A stretch of 64,000 nt of DNA from Eubacteriales bacterium (GCA_045540755.1 JAZQHV010000026.1:2179-66178); one strand, 5' to 3'. Positions 38,646-48,236 are shown, counted from the first letter of the stretch. Notes: generated by a model not told the origin, from the letters alone. Numbers and translations are program-made.

Positions 38646-39879
38646 ACTCTGCGTATTTTGCGTCGTGCAGTTCCTTGACGATGCCGCCGACGGCATAGAT
38701 AAACTCGGTGTTCGCACGCTTCATATGCCCCTCGTCCATATTGGAGAGGAACACCACTACGTACGGATGCTCAGCAAGTGCGACACCGCCGTCACAGTAG
38801 GAATCCTCGTCCCAGCCGTACTTGTGTGCGACGGGATCGGGGGAAAGTGCGCGTTGCAACATGACGGTCTGCGTGGAGCGTTCCATCTCCTTGCAAAGCC
38901 ACTTGGCATTTTCGCTTTCGGTAGCAAAATAGGCGTGCAGACGGGTGAAAAATGCGCCGTAATTACGCGCATTCGTGCGCCACCATGCGCCGTAGCGCGT
39001 AGGCGTCAGCCCGTCCCGCTCCATAATGCCGCGGAAAAACGCCGTGCCGAAGTGAGCCTGCAATAGGGCATACGCCGTGTTGTCGCTGTAGCGGATGGTA
39101 TGCGAAAGCAATTCTTGCACCGTGAACTCGGTGCCATCCGGAACGTCGGCAAAATTACCCGAGCCCTCGACAAATTTATCCGCAGTGTAGACGATCTTTT
39201 CCGTAAGATCGACCTCACCCGCATCGGCAAGCTGTAAAAGTGCGTACACGTACACCGCCTTGATCATCGAAGCGCAAAAAAAGGTCTCGTCGGGCGCAAA
39301 GGCAAACGCCTCGCCGCTTTCCACGTCCTGATAGTAGAGCGCCACTCTACCCTCCACCTCGTACACGGTGGTCACGGGCGGCTCGGACGTTGTTGTCGCA
39401 GTTTCCGCAGGCAACTCGGTCACGGGAGGCTCGGGCGCCTCCGGGGTTTCGGCGGCGACTGTTTCGGTCACCTCCTCCACCTTTACGACGGGCGGCACCT
39501 CCAGATAGAGCAGCTCGGCAAGGCGATATTCGGGCGTTTCGGGGTCCAGGAATATAAAGTTCTCCACGCGGCGGAGCCCCTCCTCCTCGGGGACGGAGAC
39601 AGGCACAAAGCCGAACGTCTCGGTCACGGTAGAGCTCTCCGGTGCGACCGTAGTCTCCGGTGCGACCGTAGTCTCAGGCGCGACCGTAGTCTCGGGCGCG
39701 ACCGTAGTCTCAGGCGCGGCGGTGGTCTCGGGCGCGACCGTAGTCTCGGGTACAACCGTGGTCTCGGGTGCGACCGTGGTCGTGGGGACTTCCGTTGTCA
39801 CCGCAGGCGGCGCAGTACAGCCCGCAAAACAGGCGGCAAGTGTCGCCGCAAACAGCAGTTTACAAAGTGACTTCAGCAT
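38644..39879 (-). CDS. Lipoprotein serine hydrolase (class A beta-lactamase/PBP-like fold) with repeat stalk
   Basis: ATG 39879, lipobox FAGC; SxxK (SMIK), SDN, HKYG. Confidence 0.8.
   Translation of the reverse strand: MLKSLCKLLFAATLAACFAGCTAPPAVTTEVPTTTVAPETTVVPETTVAPETTAAPETTVAPETTVAPETTVAPETTVAPESSTVTETFGFVPVSVPEEEGLRRVENFIFLDPETPEYRLAELLYLEVPPVVKVEEVTETVAAETPEAPEPPVTELPAETATTTSEPPVTTVYEVEGRVALYYQDVESGEAFAFAPDETFFCASMIKAVYVYALLQLADAGEVDLTEKIVYTADKFVEGSGNFADVPDGTEFTVQELLSHTIRYSDNTAYALLQAHFGTAFFRGIMERDGLTPTRYGAWWRTNARNYGAFFTRLHAYFATESENAKWLCKEMERSTQTVMLQRALSPDPVAHKYGWDEDSYCDGGVALAEHPYVVVFLSNMDEGHMKRANTEFIYAVGGIVKELHDAKYAE
39631..39774 (-). repeat. 18-bp coding tandem repeat, 8 units (VAPETT)
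   Basis: GGYGCGACCGTAGTCTCV-type units; protein VAPETT VVPETT VAPETT AAPETT VAPETT VAPETT VAPETT VAPESS. Confidence 0.95.
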
Positions 39880-40732
39880 GGCGAATGACGTGGCAGTTGA
39901 TGTTGACGGCGACCGGCAGACCTGCGATATGTGTCGGTGCCGCGGCGACCTTGACCGCAAGCGCAGTGGTGTCACCGTGAAAGCCCTGTGGGCCGATATC
40001 GGTACGGTTGATCTCCCCAAGCAACCGCGCTTCCAGCGCGGCATAGCGCGCATCGGGGTGCGTGTCGTCCAGCGGACGGGCAAAGCATTCCTTAGCCAGT
40101 GCGGCGCACTGCTCAAAGTCGCCGCCGATTCCCACGCCGACCGTGATGGGCGGACAAGGATTGGAGCCCGCCTTTACCACCGTATCCACCACGAAGCGAA
40201 CGATATCGTCCTCGGTGGCAGAGGGGGTAAACATACGAAGCGCGCTCATATTCTCACTGCCAAAGCCCTTGGGCAGTGCCACAATGCGAAGCGCATTTCC
40301 CTTTACGGGACGGATATGCAGGATCGCAGGGGTGTTATCCTCGGTATTTGTACGGTCGTAGAGCGGGTCGCGTACGACAGAAAGGCGGAGCGCACCGTCC
40401 ACGTACGCGCGGCGCACGCCGCGGTCCACGGCATCGCGAAGGCTACCGTCAACAAGCACGTCCTCGCCGACGTAAGCAAACACGACCGCCATACCCGTAT
40501 CCTGACAGATGGGTACGTCGATCTGCTTTGCCGCCTCGACGTTATCGAGCATACGAGAAAGCACCTGCTTTGCAAGCGGCTTGGACTCGCGCGCCCGCGC
40601 ACAGGCGATACAGTCGGTAACGTCCTGTGAGAGCGTATAGTTTGCCTTCACAAACAGCGCGGCGACCGCATCTTCGATTTCCTGCGGCTCGATCACGCGA
40701 ATCTCTCTTCCGTTATACGTAATACTTCCCAT
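39860..40732 (-). CDS. Fe-S hydro-lyase (fumarate hydratase/tartrate dehydratase) alpha subunit
   Basis: PICQDTG, NTEDNTP, PKGFGSEN, NPCPP, THIAGLPVAVNINCH; ATG 40732. Confidence 0.92.
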   Translation of the reverse strand: MGSITYNGREIRVIEPQEIEDAVAALFVKANYTLSQDVTDCIACARARESKPLAKQVLSRMLDNVEAAKQIDVPICQDTGMAVVFAYVGEDVLVDGSLRDAVDRGVRRAYVDGALRLSVVRDPLYDRTNTEDNTPAILHIRPVKGNALRIVALPKGFGSENMSALRMFTPSATEDDIVRFVVDTVVKAGSNPCPPITVGVGIGGDFEQCAALAKECFARPLDDTHPDARYAALEARLLGEINRTDIGPQGFHGDTTALAVKVAAAPTHIAGLPVAVNINCHVIRHAEVTL

Positions 40733-40733
40733 G

Positions 40734-41021
40734 TTACTTGTCCTCAAAATTGCTGAAATAGATGACCTCGCCGGGCAGGCAGTAGCCAAGCTCGCGGCGG
40801 GCGACCCGTTTGATATATTCCTCGTTCCACGGAGCAGCAATCTCCTCGGCAAGACGGTCGTTCTCCGCGCGGAGCAGTTCGACCTGCTTTGCCAGCGCCT
40901 CACGCTCGGCAAGCATATCGTTGTAACGCATCCAGAGTGCGCCGATGAGCAGAAAGCCACCAAGAAGCACCGCGACAAGTGCGATGCGTACCGAGATCGG
41001 CAGATGTTTTTGCTTTGCCAT
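40734..41021 (-). CDS. divIC: Septum formation initiator DivIC/FtsB
   Basis: TM, coiled coil, EYIKRVARRELGYCLPGEVIY; follows yabQ. Confidence 0.85.
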   Translation of the reverse strand: MAKQKHLPISVRIALVAVLLGGFLLIGALWMRYNDMLAEREALAKQVELLRAENDRLAEEIAAPWNEEYIKRVARRELGYCLPGEVIYFSNFEDK

Positions 41022-41035
41022 TTGCGCTCCTCCTT

Positions 41036-41551
41036 TTACATTCCGTTGCGGATGCCGCCGCGCATGCGTTTTTTGCGTTTTCTCGCGGCGACCGCCTCCC
41101 GTCTTCGGGATACGTATTCATTATACCGCGCGACTGTGCGCGTGACAATAGGCATTTTGCAAAAAAGTGCGAGCATCCGTCGAAGAAAAGCACGGACGCC
41201 GCGGTCGATCCGTTCGGCAAGCCGGATAACCAGCCTGCCGACCGTCTGATAATAACAGAAAAATCCGAGTGCCGCGCCGAGAAGCCCGTAGCCGCGCATG
41301 CGCCCGTCCCCCGTGAGAAAAAAGAACACACAAAGAACAGCGCTTGCCACCGCAAAAAAGAACAGATCGCCGAGCGCGGCGAGGATATACGAGATCCAGC
41401 GGCGCACACCGCTTTTCCCGAAAGGGCTTGCGACCGTCACGCCGAACAGGATGCGCACAAGACGCACAAGGTCATAGACCGCGCCAAGGCAGGCTCCGAC
41501 AGGGACACTGAGCGCCGCAGAAACGGCGATCGCCTCCATGGATACTTCCAT
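41036..41551 (-). CDS. yabQ: Spore cortex biosynthesis protein YabQ
   Basis: GAVYDLVR, DLFF, GRMRGY, GFFCYY; synteny yabP-yabQ-divIC. Confidence 0.8.
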   Translation of the reverse strand: MEVSMEAIAVSAALSVPVGACLGAVYDLVRLVRILFGVTVASPFGKSGVRRWISYILAALGDLFFFAVASAVLCVFFFLTGDGRMRGYGLLGAALGFFCYYQTVGRLVIRLAERIDRGVRAFLRRMLALFCKMPIVTRTVARYNEYVSRRREAVAARKRKKRMRGGIRNGM

Positions 41552-41794
41552 CTACTTTTTGCGGGTCGGCCATTTTTTGCCGCCCGCGGCATAATACACA
41601 CCGTCGATCGTCCCAAGCACCGTGAGGTCTCCGCTTTCCGCGGACATGTTGACGATCTTCAACTCCTTGCCCTCGATCTCCACCTTGCCAAGCGGCGTCA
41701 TCACCGTGACAAATCGCTCGTCAAAGCTGAGCACCTCACTGACCGCACTCATCAAAAGTGTCGCACGGTCGTGTATCTCTATTCTCGCTCCCAT
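41552..41794 (-). CDS. yabP: Sporulation protein YabP/YqfC family
   Basis: EVLSFDE, TPLGKVEIEGKELKI, GTIDGVYY. Confidence 0.85.
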   Translation of the reverse strand: MGARIEIHDRATLLMSAVSEVLSFDERFVTVMTPLGKVEIEGKELKIVNMSAESGDLTVLGTIDGVYYAAGGKKWPTRKK

Positions 41795-41852
41795 CTCGCA
41801 CACCTCCTCGCAAAAGGATATGCGAAACGGGAAAAGAAAATGAAGCCCGAAA

Positions 41853-42169
41853 GATAAATTGGGAATTTGAAGGGGGCTTGGAACCCCTCATCAGTCACCT
41901 TCGGTGACAGCTTCCCCCCGGGGGGGAAGCTATTGGTGCGCTGTATTACCTTCCCCCTCGGGGTAGCGAAGCGGCGACGCGGTAGTGAATGACAGTCCGG
42001 TGGACTGTCAGAGCCGCGGCGTGACCGAGTCGCAACGAGACGGTGTCGCATTAGCGACGGATGAGGGGTTTTTCGCAAACAACTTCAAACTATAATTTAT
42101 CGCTTCGTTTACGGCGGGAGTAAACCCCCGCCCTACGGTTTAGCGCTACGCGCTAAACTATAATTTGTC
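41853..42169. repeat. Two-site REP cassette H (GGGAA ... ATAG, ATAG)
   Basis: Sites 41853-41868, 42087-42101, 42155-42169; CCCTCATC doublet with 78-nt insert; CCCCGCCCTAC REP between the two ATAG sites. Confidence 0.87.
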
Positions 42170-42171
42170 GG

Positions 42172-42411
42172 TTATATCACTTCGTACATCTCGGCGGCAT
42201 CGGCTTTTTTGGTGCTTTCGCGCACGTCGGTCACGCGGACGCGAAGCGTCTTTTCGCCGAAGGTAACGGCGATCTCATCGCCGACCTTGACGTCGTAGGA
42301 TGCCTTGACCACCCTGCCGTTCACGCTGATGTGCGCGGCGTCACAGGCATCGTTGGCAACGGTGCGGCGCTTGATGATGCGCGACACCTTTAAAAACTTA
42401 TCAATACGCAT
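42172..42411 (-). CDS. yabO: S4 RNA-binding protein (YabO/RqcP)
   Basis: MRIDKFLKVSRIIKRRTVANDAC...AAEMYEVI. Confidence 0.92.
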   Translation of the reverse strand: MRIDKFLKVSRIIKRRTVANDACDAAHISVNGRVVKASYDVKVGDEIAVTFGEKTLRVRVTDVRESTKKADAAEMYEVI

Positions 42412-42430
42412 AACAATTCCTCACAAAACA

Positions 42431-42459
42431 AAAATCGGCTCTTTTGACAGAGCCGATTT
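42431..42459 (-). terminator. Intrinsic terminator after hup
   Basis: AAAATCGGCTCT-TTTGAC-AGAGCCGATTT. Confidence 0.7.
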
Positions 42460-42474
42460 GCTTGCTTTCGCAGA

Positions 42475-42747
42475 TTAGTTGAGCTTATCCTTGAATGCCT
42501 TGCCTGCGGAGAATGCAGGATACTTGGAAGCCGCGATCTTGATGGTAGCGCCGGTCTTGGGGTTTCTGCCCTCACGTGCTGCACGGGTCTTAGCCTCAAA
42601 GGTACCGAAGCCAACGAGCTGAACCTTGTCGCCCTTTGCGAGAGCACCCTCAACAACGTCGATAAATGCTGCGAGAGCAGCCTCTGCGTCCTTCTTCTTC
42701 AGGTCGGCGTTCTTAGCAATCGCTTCAATCAGTTCTGTCTTGTTCAT
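42475..42747 (-). CDS. hup: HU DNA-binding protein
   Basis: [31 protein letters not shown]. Confidence 0.97.
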   Translation of the reverse strand: MNKTELIEAIAKNADLKKKDAEAALAAFIDVVEGALAKGDKVQLVGFGTFEAKTRAAREGRNPKTGATIKIAASKYPAFSAGKAFKDKLN

Positions 42748-42811
42748 GGGTTTTTTATCCTTTCGAAAATGAAATACTTGTTTACGCAGGAAATAGTTCC
42801 CTACACGTAAT

Positions 42812-42840
42812 ATTGTAGCATGGTTTAAACGCCATTTCAA
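42812..42840 (-). promoter_or_regulatory. Sigma-A promoter of hup
   Basis: TTGAAA-17bp-(TGc)TACAAT. Confidence 0.75.
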
Positions 42841-42878
42841 GTATTTTTTCAAAAAAACGCATGAAAATCAGTGGTTTT

Positions 42879-43691
42879 TTAGTTATTTTTACTATTTTTG
42901 CGCGCTTTTGCGGCATCCCAGTAGGCATCGAGCTCCGCAAGCGACAGTTCCGCCATGTTTTTGCCGTCGGCAAGGACCCCGTCCTCTACCTCCGCAAAGC
43001 GGGAAATAAACTTGTCGGTCGCCTTTGCAAGCGCTTCCTCGGCGGAAATACCGTACTGACGCGCAGTGTTGACCACGGCGAACAGCAGGTCGCCGAGCTC
43101 CTCAAAACGTTCCTCCTCGGGAGCGGAAAGCAATTCCGCAGTCTCCTCGGTGATCTTCTTTGCCGCGTCGGCGGCAGAGGCGAAGTCAAAGCCGACCTTC
43201 GCCGCCTTTTTGCCCACCTTCTGCGCGCGCAGAAGCGCGGGATACTGCTTGGGCACACTGCGGAGCGAATCGGTCACCGTGTCACGGTGCTTCTCAGCGT
43301 TCTTGAGCTTTTCCCAGTTGACGAGTACGGCATCCGACGTGTCGGCGACCGTGTCGGCAAAGACGTGTGGGTGGCGATAGATCAGTTTTTGGCAAACACC
43401 CGTAGTGACGTCCTCCATTGTAAAGCCGCCCTGCTCCTTTTCGATCTCGGCGTGGAACACGACCTGCATCAGCACATCGCCAAGCTCCTCACACATGAGC
43501 ACCTTGTCGTCGGTGTCGATCGCCTCGACCACCTCGTAGGTCTCCTCGATGAGATTCTCGCGGATAGACTTGTGATCCTGCTCCCTGTCCCAAGGGCATC
43601 CCCCCGGCGCACGCAGGATCTCCATCACGTCGCAGAGATCGGCAAAATCATATCTTTCCTTATTTAATAATGCTTTTTTCTTGTCCGTCAT
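42879..43691 (-). CDS. mazG: Nucleoside triphosphate pyrophosphohydrolase MazG
   Basis: GCPWDREQ, EETYE, EELGD, RHPHVF; start ATG 43691. Confidence 0.93.
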   Translation of the reverse strand: MTDKKKALLNKERYDFADLCDVMEILRAPGGCPWDREQDHKSIRENLIEETYEVVEAIDTDDKVLMCEELGDVLMQVVFHAEIEKEQGGFTMEDVTTGVCQKLIYRHPHVFADTVADTSDAVLVNWEKLKNAEKHRDTVTDSLRSVPKQYPALLRAQKVGKKAAKVGFDFASAADAAKKITEETAELLSAPEEERFEELGDLLFAVVNTARQYGISAEEALAKATDKFISRFAEVEDGVLADGKNMAELSLAELDAYWDAAKARKNSKNN

Positions 43692-43708
43692 GATTAGAAC
43701 CTTGTTGG

Positions 43709-43857
43709 ATGCGAGAACCTTTTCAGGAAATGGTTCTAAGGCGACTCCGGCTACCCGAAAATACAAGATTCCGGTTCCGTCGCCTTTCGACCGTGCCTAC
43801 GGCAGGTCGTTTTCTCCTTGCAAAAGTCCTATTATCTCCAAACCTTTTTTAAAAAAA
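43709..43857. repeat. Second hairpin repeat family, interrupted copy
   Basis: ATGCGAGAACCTTTTCAGGAAATGGTTCT ... CCAAACCTTTTTTAAAAA resembles 48158-48214. Confidence 0.45.
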
Positions 43858-44032
43858 TTGTATATGCGTAGCCATGGCTACACATCAGATATCCCACAGC
43901 TTTTCTTTTGTTCCCTTTAAATCAATGATATGCATTCGCCTTGGGGCGAATACGGGGTGCGACGGAACATAAAGTGAAAAGTAGTAGATAGTTGGAGTCG
44001 CACTTTTCTTCTTAAGAAAGGACGCCCTCGTA

Positions 44033-45757
44033 TTACTTTACCAAATGCATCTTACCAAGCAGGCGGTAGATGGCTTGCCCCTTGGGAATAAAGTCAAAAT
44101 CGTCCTTTTCCAGCGCACCCGTAAGCAGGATGGCGGCAAAATAGACCAGCGCCGCCAAAGCGATCGCCACGAGGGTGAAAAGCCGCGACGCGCCGAAGAG
44201 ATGCGTGCAAAGCGCGTAACTGCCTGCCGCCGCGACGCCGCAGAGGATCGCCGCAAAGAGCGGCTTTACGAACACGCGGCGCACGCTGGGACGGAACTTT
44301 GCATAGCGCGCACAGAAATAGAAGTTGCAGACCACCACGATGATATAGCAGATATCCGTGGAAATGGGCGCGCCCCAGATGCCGATCTCGGGATCGCCGA
44401 TAAGCAAAAAGCTTGCAAGGATCTTTGCCGCGGCGCCCACAAGCATCGAAATGAGCGGCAGATACGGGCGCTTATGCGCCTGCAAGATCGAGTTTGTGAT
44501 GGCGAGCATGCAGACGAGGAACGAGGACACCGCAAGGGTCGAAAGCAGAGGTGCCGCAAGCGATGCCGACGAGGTCTCCGCGCCGATATAGGACATAAAC
44601 TTTGTGTCCGTGAGAAGCTCGCTTCCCTCCTCCGTGTACTTGGTGAGCAGAGATGCACCGCCGTAGATCAGCTCTAAAATCGGCTGTGCCAGCACTGCCA
44701 TGCCGACCGTGCAGGGCATGGACAGGATCGCCGCCGTTTTGAGCGAGGAGGTGCAGACGCGATCGGTCTCCTTATCCTCTTTTTTCACCAAAAGTGCACT
44801 GACCATGGGCACAAGCGAATAGCCGATGGGGTAGACTAAAACGGGAATGAGATTGAACATCGGCACGGCAAGGGTGGTATAGTTGCCGTACAGCGCCGCC
44901 GCACCCTTTTCGGTAAAGCCGATGGACTGAAGCTGACGGGAAATGACCGTGAGGTCAATGAGATTGGCAAGCGACATGACCGAAGAAGAGAGCGTGACGG
45001 GCACCGCCATCACGACAAGCTCTAAGAGCAGTGACTTTGTACCCGCAACGGGGAGAGAATCGCTGTTCGGCAATGCGTACTCGGCATTGATCTTTTGCGT
45101 GTTGTAAAGCAGTTTGGTGATCCAGATAAAGCCCATGCCGCAGAGCACGCCGATGGTGAGACCGAAGATGGTCCACGCCGCCGTCACGGGCAGGCTGTCG
45201 CCGCGGGCGATCGACCAGTGGGCAAGCAGAATGCCGATGACCAGCTTGCCGAGCGACTCCAGAAGCTGAGAAACGGCGGTGGGCCACATGACCTGATGTC
45301 CTTGGAAATAGCCGCGGAAGGCGCTGGTCAGACAGACGAAGAAGAGCGTGGGCGCGATCGCCATGATGCAGTATTTGGATTCGCCGATCTTGGCAACGTT
45401 TTCGGCAAAGAAGCCTGCGCCGAAGAAGAGCGCACACGTGCCGACGGTGCCAATGACAAAGAAGACGGTAAAGGCGATGCGCATGATCTTTTTGACCTGA
45501 CGGAAGTTGCCCGCCGCGCGACTGCGCGAGATCATGTAGGAGATCGCCACGGGGAGTCCCGCCGTGGAGATCATAAAGAAGGTGGTATAGATCGTATACG
45601 CCGCATTGAAGTACCCCATACCGTCATCGCCGAGGATGTCGTGCAGCGGGATCTTGAACAAGAGTCCGATCGCCTTGACGATCAGGTTAGAGACCGTCAG
45701 GATCAGTACGCCGTTGACAAACAGCTTTGTGCTTGTCTTTTGTGTCGAATTGCTCAA
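44033..45757 (-). CDS. Polysaccharide biosynthesis / MurJ-SpoVB family flippase (YabM-like)
   Basis: FVNGVLILT, FKIPL, STAGLPVAIS, RGYFQG, PTAVSQ; position upstream of mazG. Confidence 0.88.
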   Translation of the reverse strand: MSNSTQKTSTKLFVNGVLILTVSNLIVKAIGLLFKIPLHDILGDDGMGYFNAAYTIYTTFFMISTAGLPVAISYMISRSRAAGNFRQVKKIMRIAFTVFFVIGTVGTCALFFGAGFFAENVAKIGESKYCIMAIAPTLFFVCLTSAFRGYFQGHQVMWPTAVSQLLESLGKLVIGILLAHWSIARGDSLPVTAAWTIFGLTIGVLCGMGFIWITKLLYNTQKINAEYALPNSDSLPVAGTKSLLLELVVMAVPVTLSSSVMSLANLIDLTVISRQLQSIGFTEKGAAALYGNYTTLAVPMFNLIPVLVYPIGYSLVPMVSALLVKKEDKETDRVCTSSLKTAAILSMPCTVGMAVLAQPILELIYGGASLLTKYTEEGSELLTDTKFMSYIGAETSSASLAAPLLSTLAVSSFLVCMLAITNSILQAHKRPYLPLISMLVGAAAKILASFLLIGDPEIGIWGAPISTDICYIIVVVCNFYFCARYAKFRPSVRRVFVKPLFAAILCGVAAAGSYALCTHLFGASRLFTLVAIALAALVYFAAILLTGALEKDDFDFIPKGQAIYRLLGKMHLVK

Positions 45758-45760
45758 AAC

Positions 45761-46666
45761 TTATTCTCCTATAAACTCTCTGAAAACAGAATCCGCGGGA
45801 ACGAATTTTGCATCGATCACGGGAACGTCTTTCAGTTTTTTACGCAGTGCGACCGCCTCCGGCCAGTAGACACTGCCCGCAGGCAACGTATCCAAAAGGG
45901 CAAGTACCTGCGGCTTGATCACGCCGACCTCGTACCCCATGGCGGAATCAATATACTGATCGATATTCCCGCGGTTGGGGTAGATGTGCGTCTTTTCATT
46001 TTCGAGCACGCCGTTCCAAAGCGAAAAGGTAAACTCAGCAGACGCTCCGCGCGTGCGTGCATCGCGCACGAGGCGGCGCATAAAGCGAAGCTCCTCGGGT
46101 GAAAAAACGGTGTCGCCGCAAGCGATGGAATGTTCCACAGAGATGAAAAGCGAAGCATACCGATGCCCCGCAAGATACGCGGTCAACTCGGGGTAGACCG
46201 CCTGGATGCCCTCAAAGAGGAAGACGTCGCCGTCGGTCATCTTGACCGTCTCAGATCCGACGCGCTTTCCCGTTTGAAAGTCAAAGCGCGGCAGTGTGAC
46301 TGTGCCGCCGTCCTCAATATCGGCAATGACCTTGCCGAACAGATCGAGGTCGATGGTGGAGGGCGAGTCGTAGTCGAGCGGCACGCCTTTTGCCTTTGCG
46401 CGCGCCTCCAGCACGGCGCGGTCAAAGTAAAAATCGTCGATCGAAACGGTGTGCAATATCTTGCCGCGTGCGGCAAACGCGGCGTCGAGGATCCGCGCCG
46501 TCGTGGTCTTACCCGAGCAGGTCGGACCGCAGAGCGTAATGATGTGTCCGCCGTCCTGCGCCCGCGCGCATGCCGATGCCACGTCCTCGAGGTATTCCGC
46601 CTCGCACGCGGCAATATACCGTTTCTGCTCCTCCTCCGAGGAAAAATGCATTTTAGCTTGTTTCAT
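45761..46666 (-). CDS. Uridine/nucleoside kinase family protein
   Basis: GPTCSGKTT, SIDDFY, EGIQA, RRLVRD, SVFREFIG; ATG 46666 after AAGGAG. Confidence 0.85.
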   Translation of the reverse strand: MKQAKMHFSSEEEQKRYIAACEAEYLEDVASACARAQDGGHIITLCGPTCSGKTTTARILDAAFAARGKILHTVSIDDFYFDRAVLEARAKAKGVPLDYDSPSTIDLDLFGKVIADIEDGGTVTLPRFDFQTGKRVGSETVKMTDGDVFLFEGIQAVYPELTAYLAGHRYASLFISVEHSIACGDTVFSPEELRFMRRLVRDARTRGASAEFTFSLWNGVLENEKTHIYPNRGNIDQYIDSAMGYEVGVIKPQVLALLDTLPAGSVYWPEAVALRKKLKDVPVIDAKFVPADSVFREFIGE

Positions 46667-48149
46667 TTTGCTCCTTGTTGAAGAATCGGAATACTTTTTC
46701 GGGATAGGTCGCAAGGACCGTATCAAAGTCTCTTACATATTCGTATGGATATTTCGGTGCAAATATGCGCTGCATGCGGCGCTCGCCCTTTTCGTCAAAC
46801 GAAACGAGCTTGGTAACCGCGCCCGCGCCCGCACCGAAGATGGAGTGAAGTTCCTCCATCATGTAAATGTTGTACATGCACTCACTGCCGGACTTTGCAT
46901 AGCCGACGTTTTCGAGGTTGCCGACCGCGTTTTTCTGCCGGTACATGTAGTAGGGCTTGTAGCCTGCGTTGGCAAGCATGAGCTGGGAATACTGGATACA
47001 TTTTGCCGCCGAGGGCACGTCGGGCTCGAAGGGGGCACTGTTTTTATCCGAGAGTGCCGCCGCACGCTTGAAGCAGAAGGTATGCACCGTGATATTGGAC
47101 GGTGCAAGCTCGATGATGCGCTCCAGCGACGCGGAAAACTTTTTGAAGTTGTCGCCCGGGAGACCGACGATGAGGTCGGTATTGATGTCGCGGATACCCG
47201 ATTTTTCGGCGACCGCATACGCCTTGAAAAAGCCGTCTGCCGTGTGACGGCGACCGATGTTTTCGAGCACGTCGTCGGCAAGCGTTTGCGGATTGACGCT
47301 GATGCGCGTGACGCCGAACTCGGCGGCGATGCGCAGTTTATCTGCGTTGATGGTGTCAGGGCGACCTGCCTCCAGCGTGAATTCATCCAACGCGGTGACG
47401 TCGGTGCAGGACGCGACGGTGGAAAGCAGTTTCCGAAGCTGCTTGCCGCTGAGCGTTGTGGGCGTACCGCCGCCGATATAGACGGTGGCGACCCGCTTGC
47501 CAAGCTTTCGGACGGTGGCAAAAACGTTGCGGATATCCTTGCAAAGCAGAGTGAGATAGTCGTCAAGCATCGAGAGCATCTTCTGCGACGCCGAAACGAA
47601 CGAGCAATATGCACAGCGCGTGGGACAGAACGGGATCGAAATATACACACTGCAATCGTTCGGATCCTTGTCCTTGGTGAGCTTTAACTCGGTCTGCGCG
47701 ACCGCCGTGGCTAAAAACGCCTTCTTGGGGTTGAGAAAATACTCGGTAGCAAGTAGCTTGCGCGTCTTCATCACGCCGTAGCCGTCCGCAAGATACTGCG
47801 CCGCCACCTTGGCAGGGCGCACGCCCGTCAGCAGTCCCCACGGAGAAATATAGCCGAAAAAGTCCTTGGCGGCAAGCGTCATCGCGTGTCCCGATGCCAT
47901 CTTGCGCACGCGGTCCTTCGGAAAGATCTCCGAAAAAGGCACAAAGCACTCTGCGGCACATTTTTTGTCACCGAGGCGGATCGTGGCGTGCGAATAAATG
48001 CCGTCCTCTTGATCGACAACGACAAAATCCACTACGGGCACGTCCGCGCCCTCGACCTCGTTTTCCCCGAATTTTGCGCCGGGGAAATAGATCAGGCACA
48101 GCGTCTGTGCATAGTATCTGTTTAAATTTCCTTGTATGTTTAAAATCAT
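46653..48149 (-). CDS. hemZ: HemZ radical SAM protein
   Basis: WGLLTGVRPAK, CPTRCAYC, GGGTPT, EAGRPD, PYYMYRQKN; next to dtd-rel. Confidence 0.92.
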   Translation of the reverse strand: MILNIQGNLNRYYAQTLCLIYFPGAKFGENEVEGADVPVVDFVVVDQEDGIYSHATIRLGDKKCAAECFVPFSEIFPKDRVRKMASGHAMTLAAKDFFGYISPWGLLTGVRPAKVAAQYLADGYGVMKTRKLLATEYFLNPKKAFLATAVAQTELKLTKDKDPNDCSVYISIPFCPTRCAYCSFVSASQKMLSMLDDYLTLLCKDIRNVFATVRKLGKRVATVYIGGGTPTTLSGKQLRKLLSTVASCTDVTALDEFTLEAGRPDTINADKLRIAAEFGVTRISVNPQTLADDVLENIGRRHTADGFFKAYAVAEKSGIRDINTDLIVGLPGDNFKKFSASLERIIELAPSNITVHTFCFKRAAALSDKNSAPFEPDVPSAAKCIQYSQLMLANAGYKPYYMYRQKNAVGNLENVGYAKSGSECMYNIYMMEELHSIFGAGAGAVTKLVSFDEKGERRMQRIFAPKYPYEYVRDFDTVLATYPEKVFRFFNKEQNETS

Positions 48150-48157
48150 GGTATTGT

Positions 48158-48214
48158 ATGCGAGACCCTTTTAAGGAAAGTGTCTCGCGCTCCCCAAACC
48201 TTTTTGTAAAAAGG
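48158..48214. repeat. Second hairpin repeat family copy
   Basis: ATGCGAGAC-loop-GTCTCGCGCTCCCCAAACCTTTTTGTAAAAA. Confidence 0.5.
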
Positions 48215-48236
48215 ATAGTATTCTCCGAAATAGAGC

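Noticed and set aside
38644-39879. Serine hydrolase as an antibiotic-resistance beta-lactamase
   Set aside because: Only the fold motifs are visible; it is a chromosomal lipoprotein with HKYG and no recognisable class A omega-loop ExxLN.
22071-42169. ATAG-type sites as outward-facing promoters (they contain TATAAT)
   Set aside because: No convincing -35 at 17 bp in the copies checked, and most copies point against the neighbouring gene; not excluded, but unsupported.
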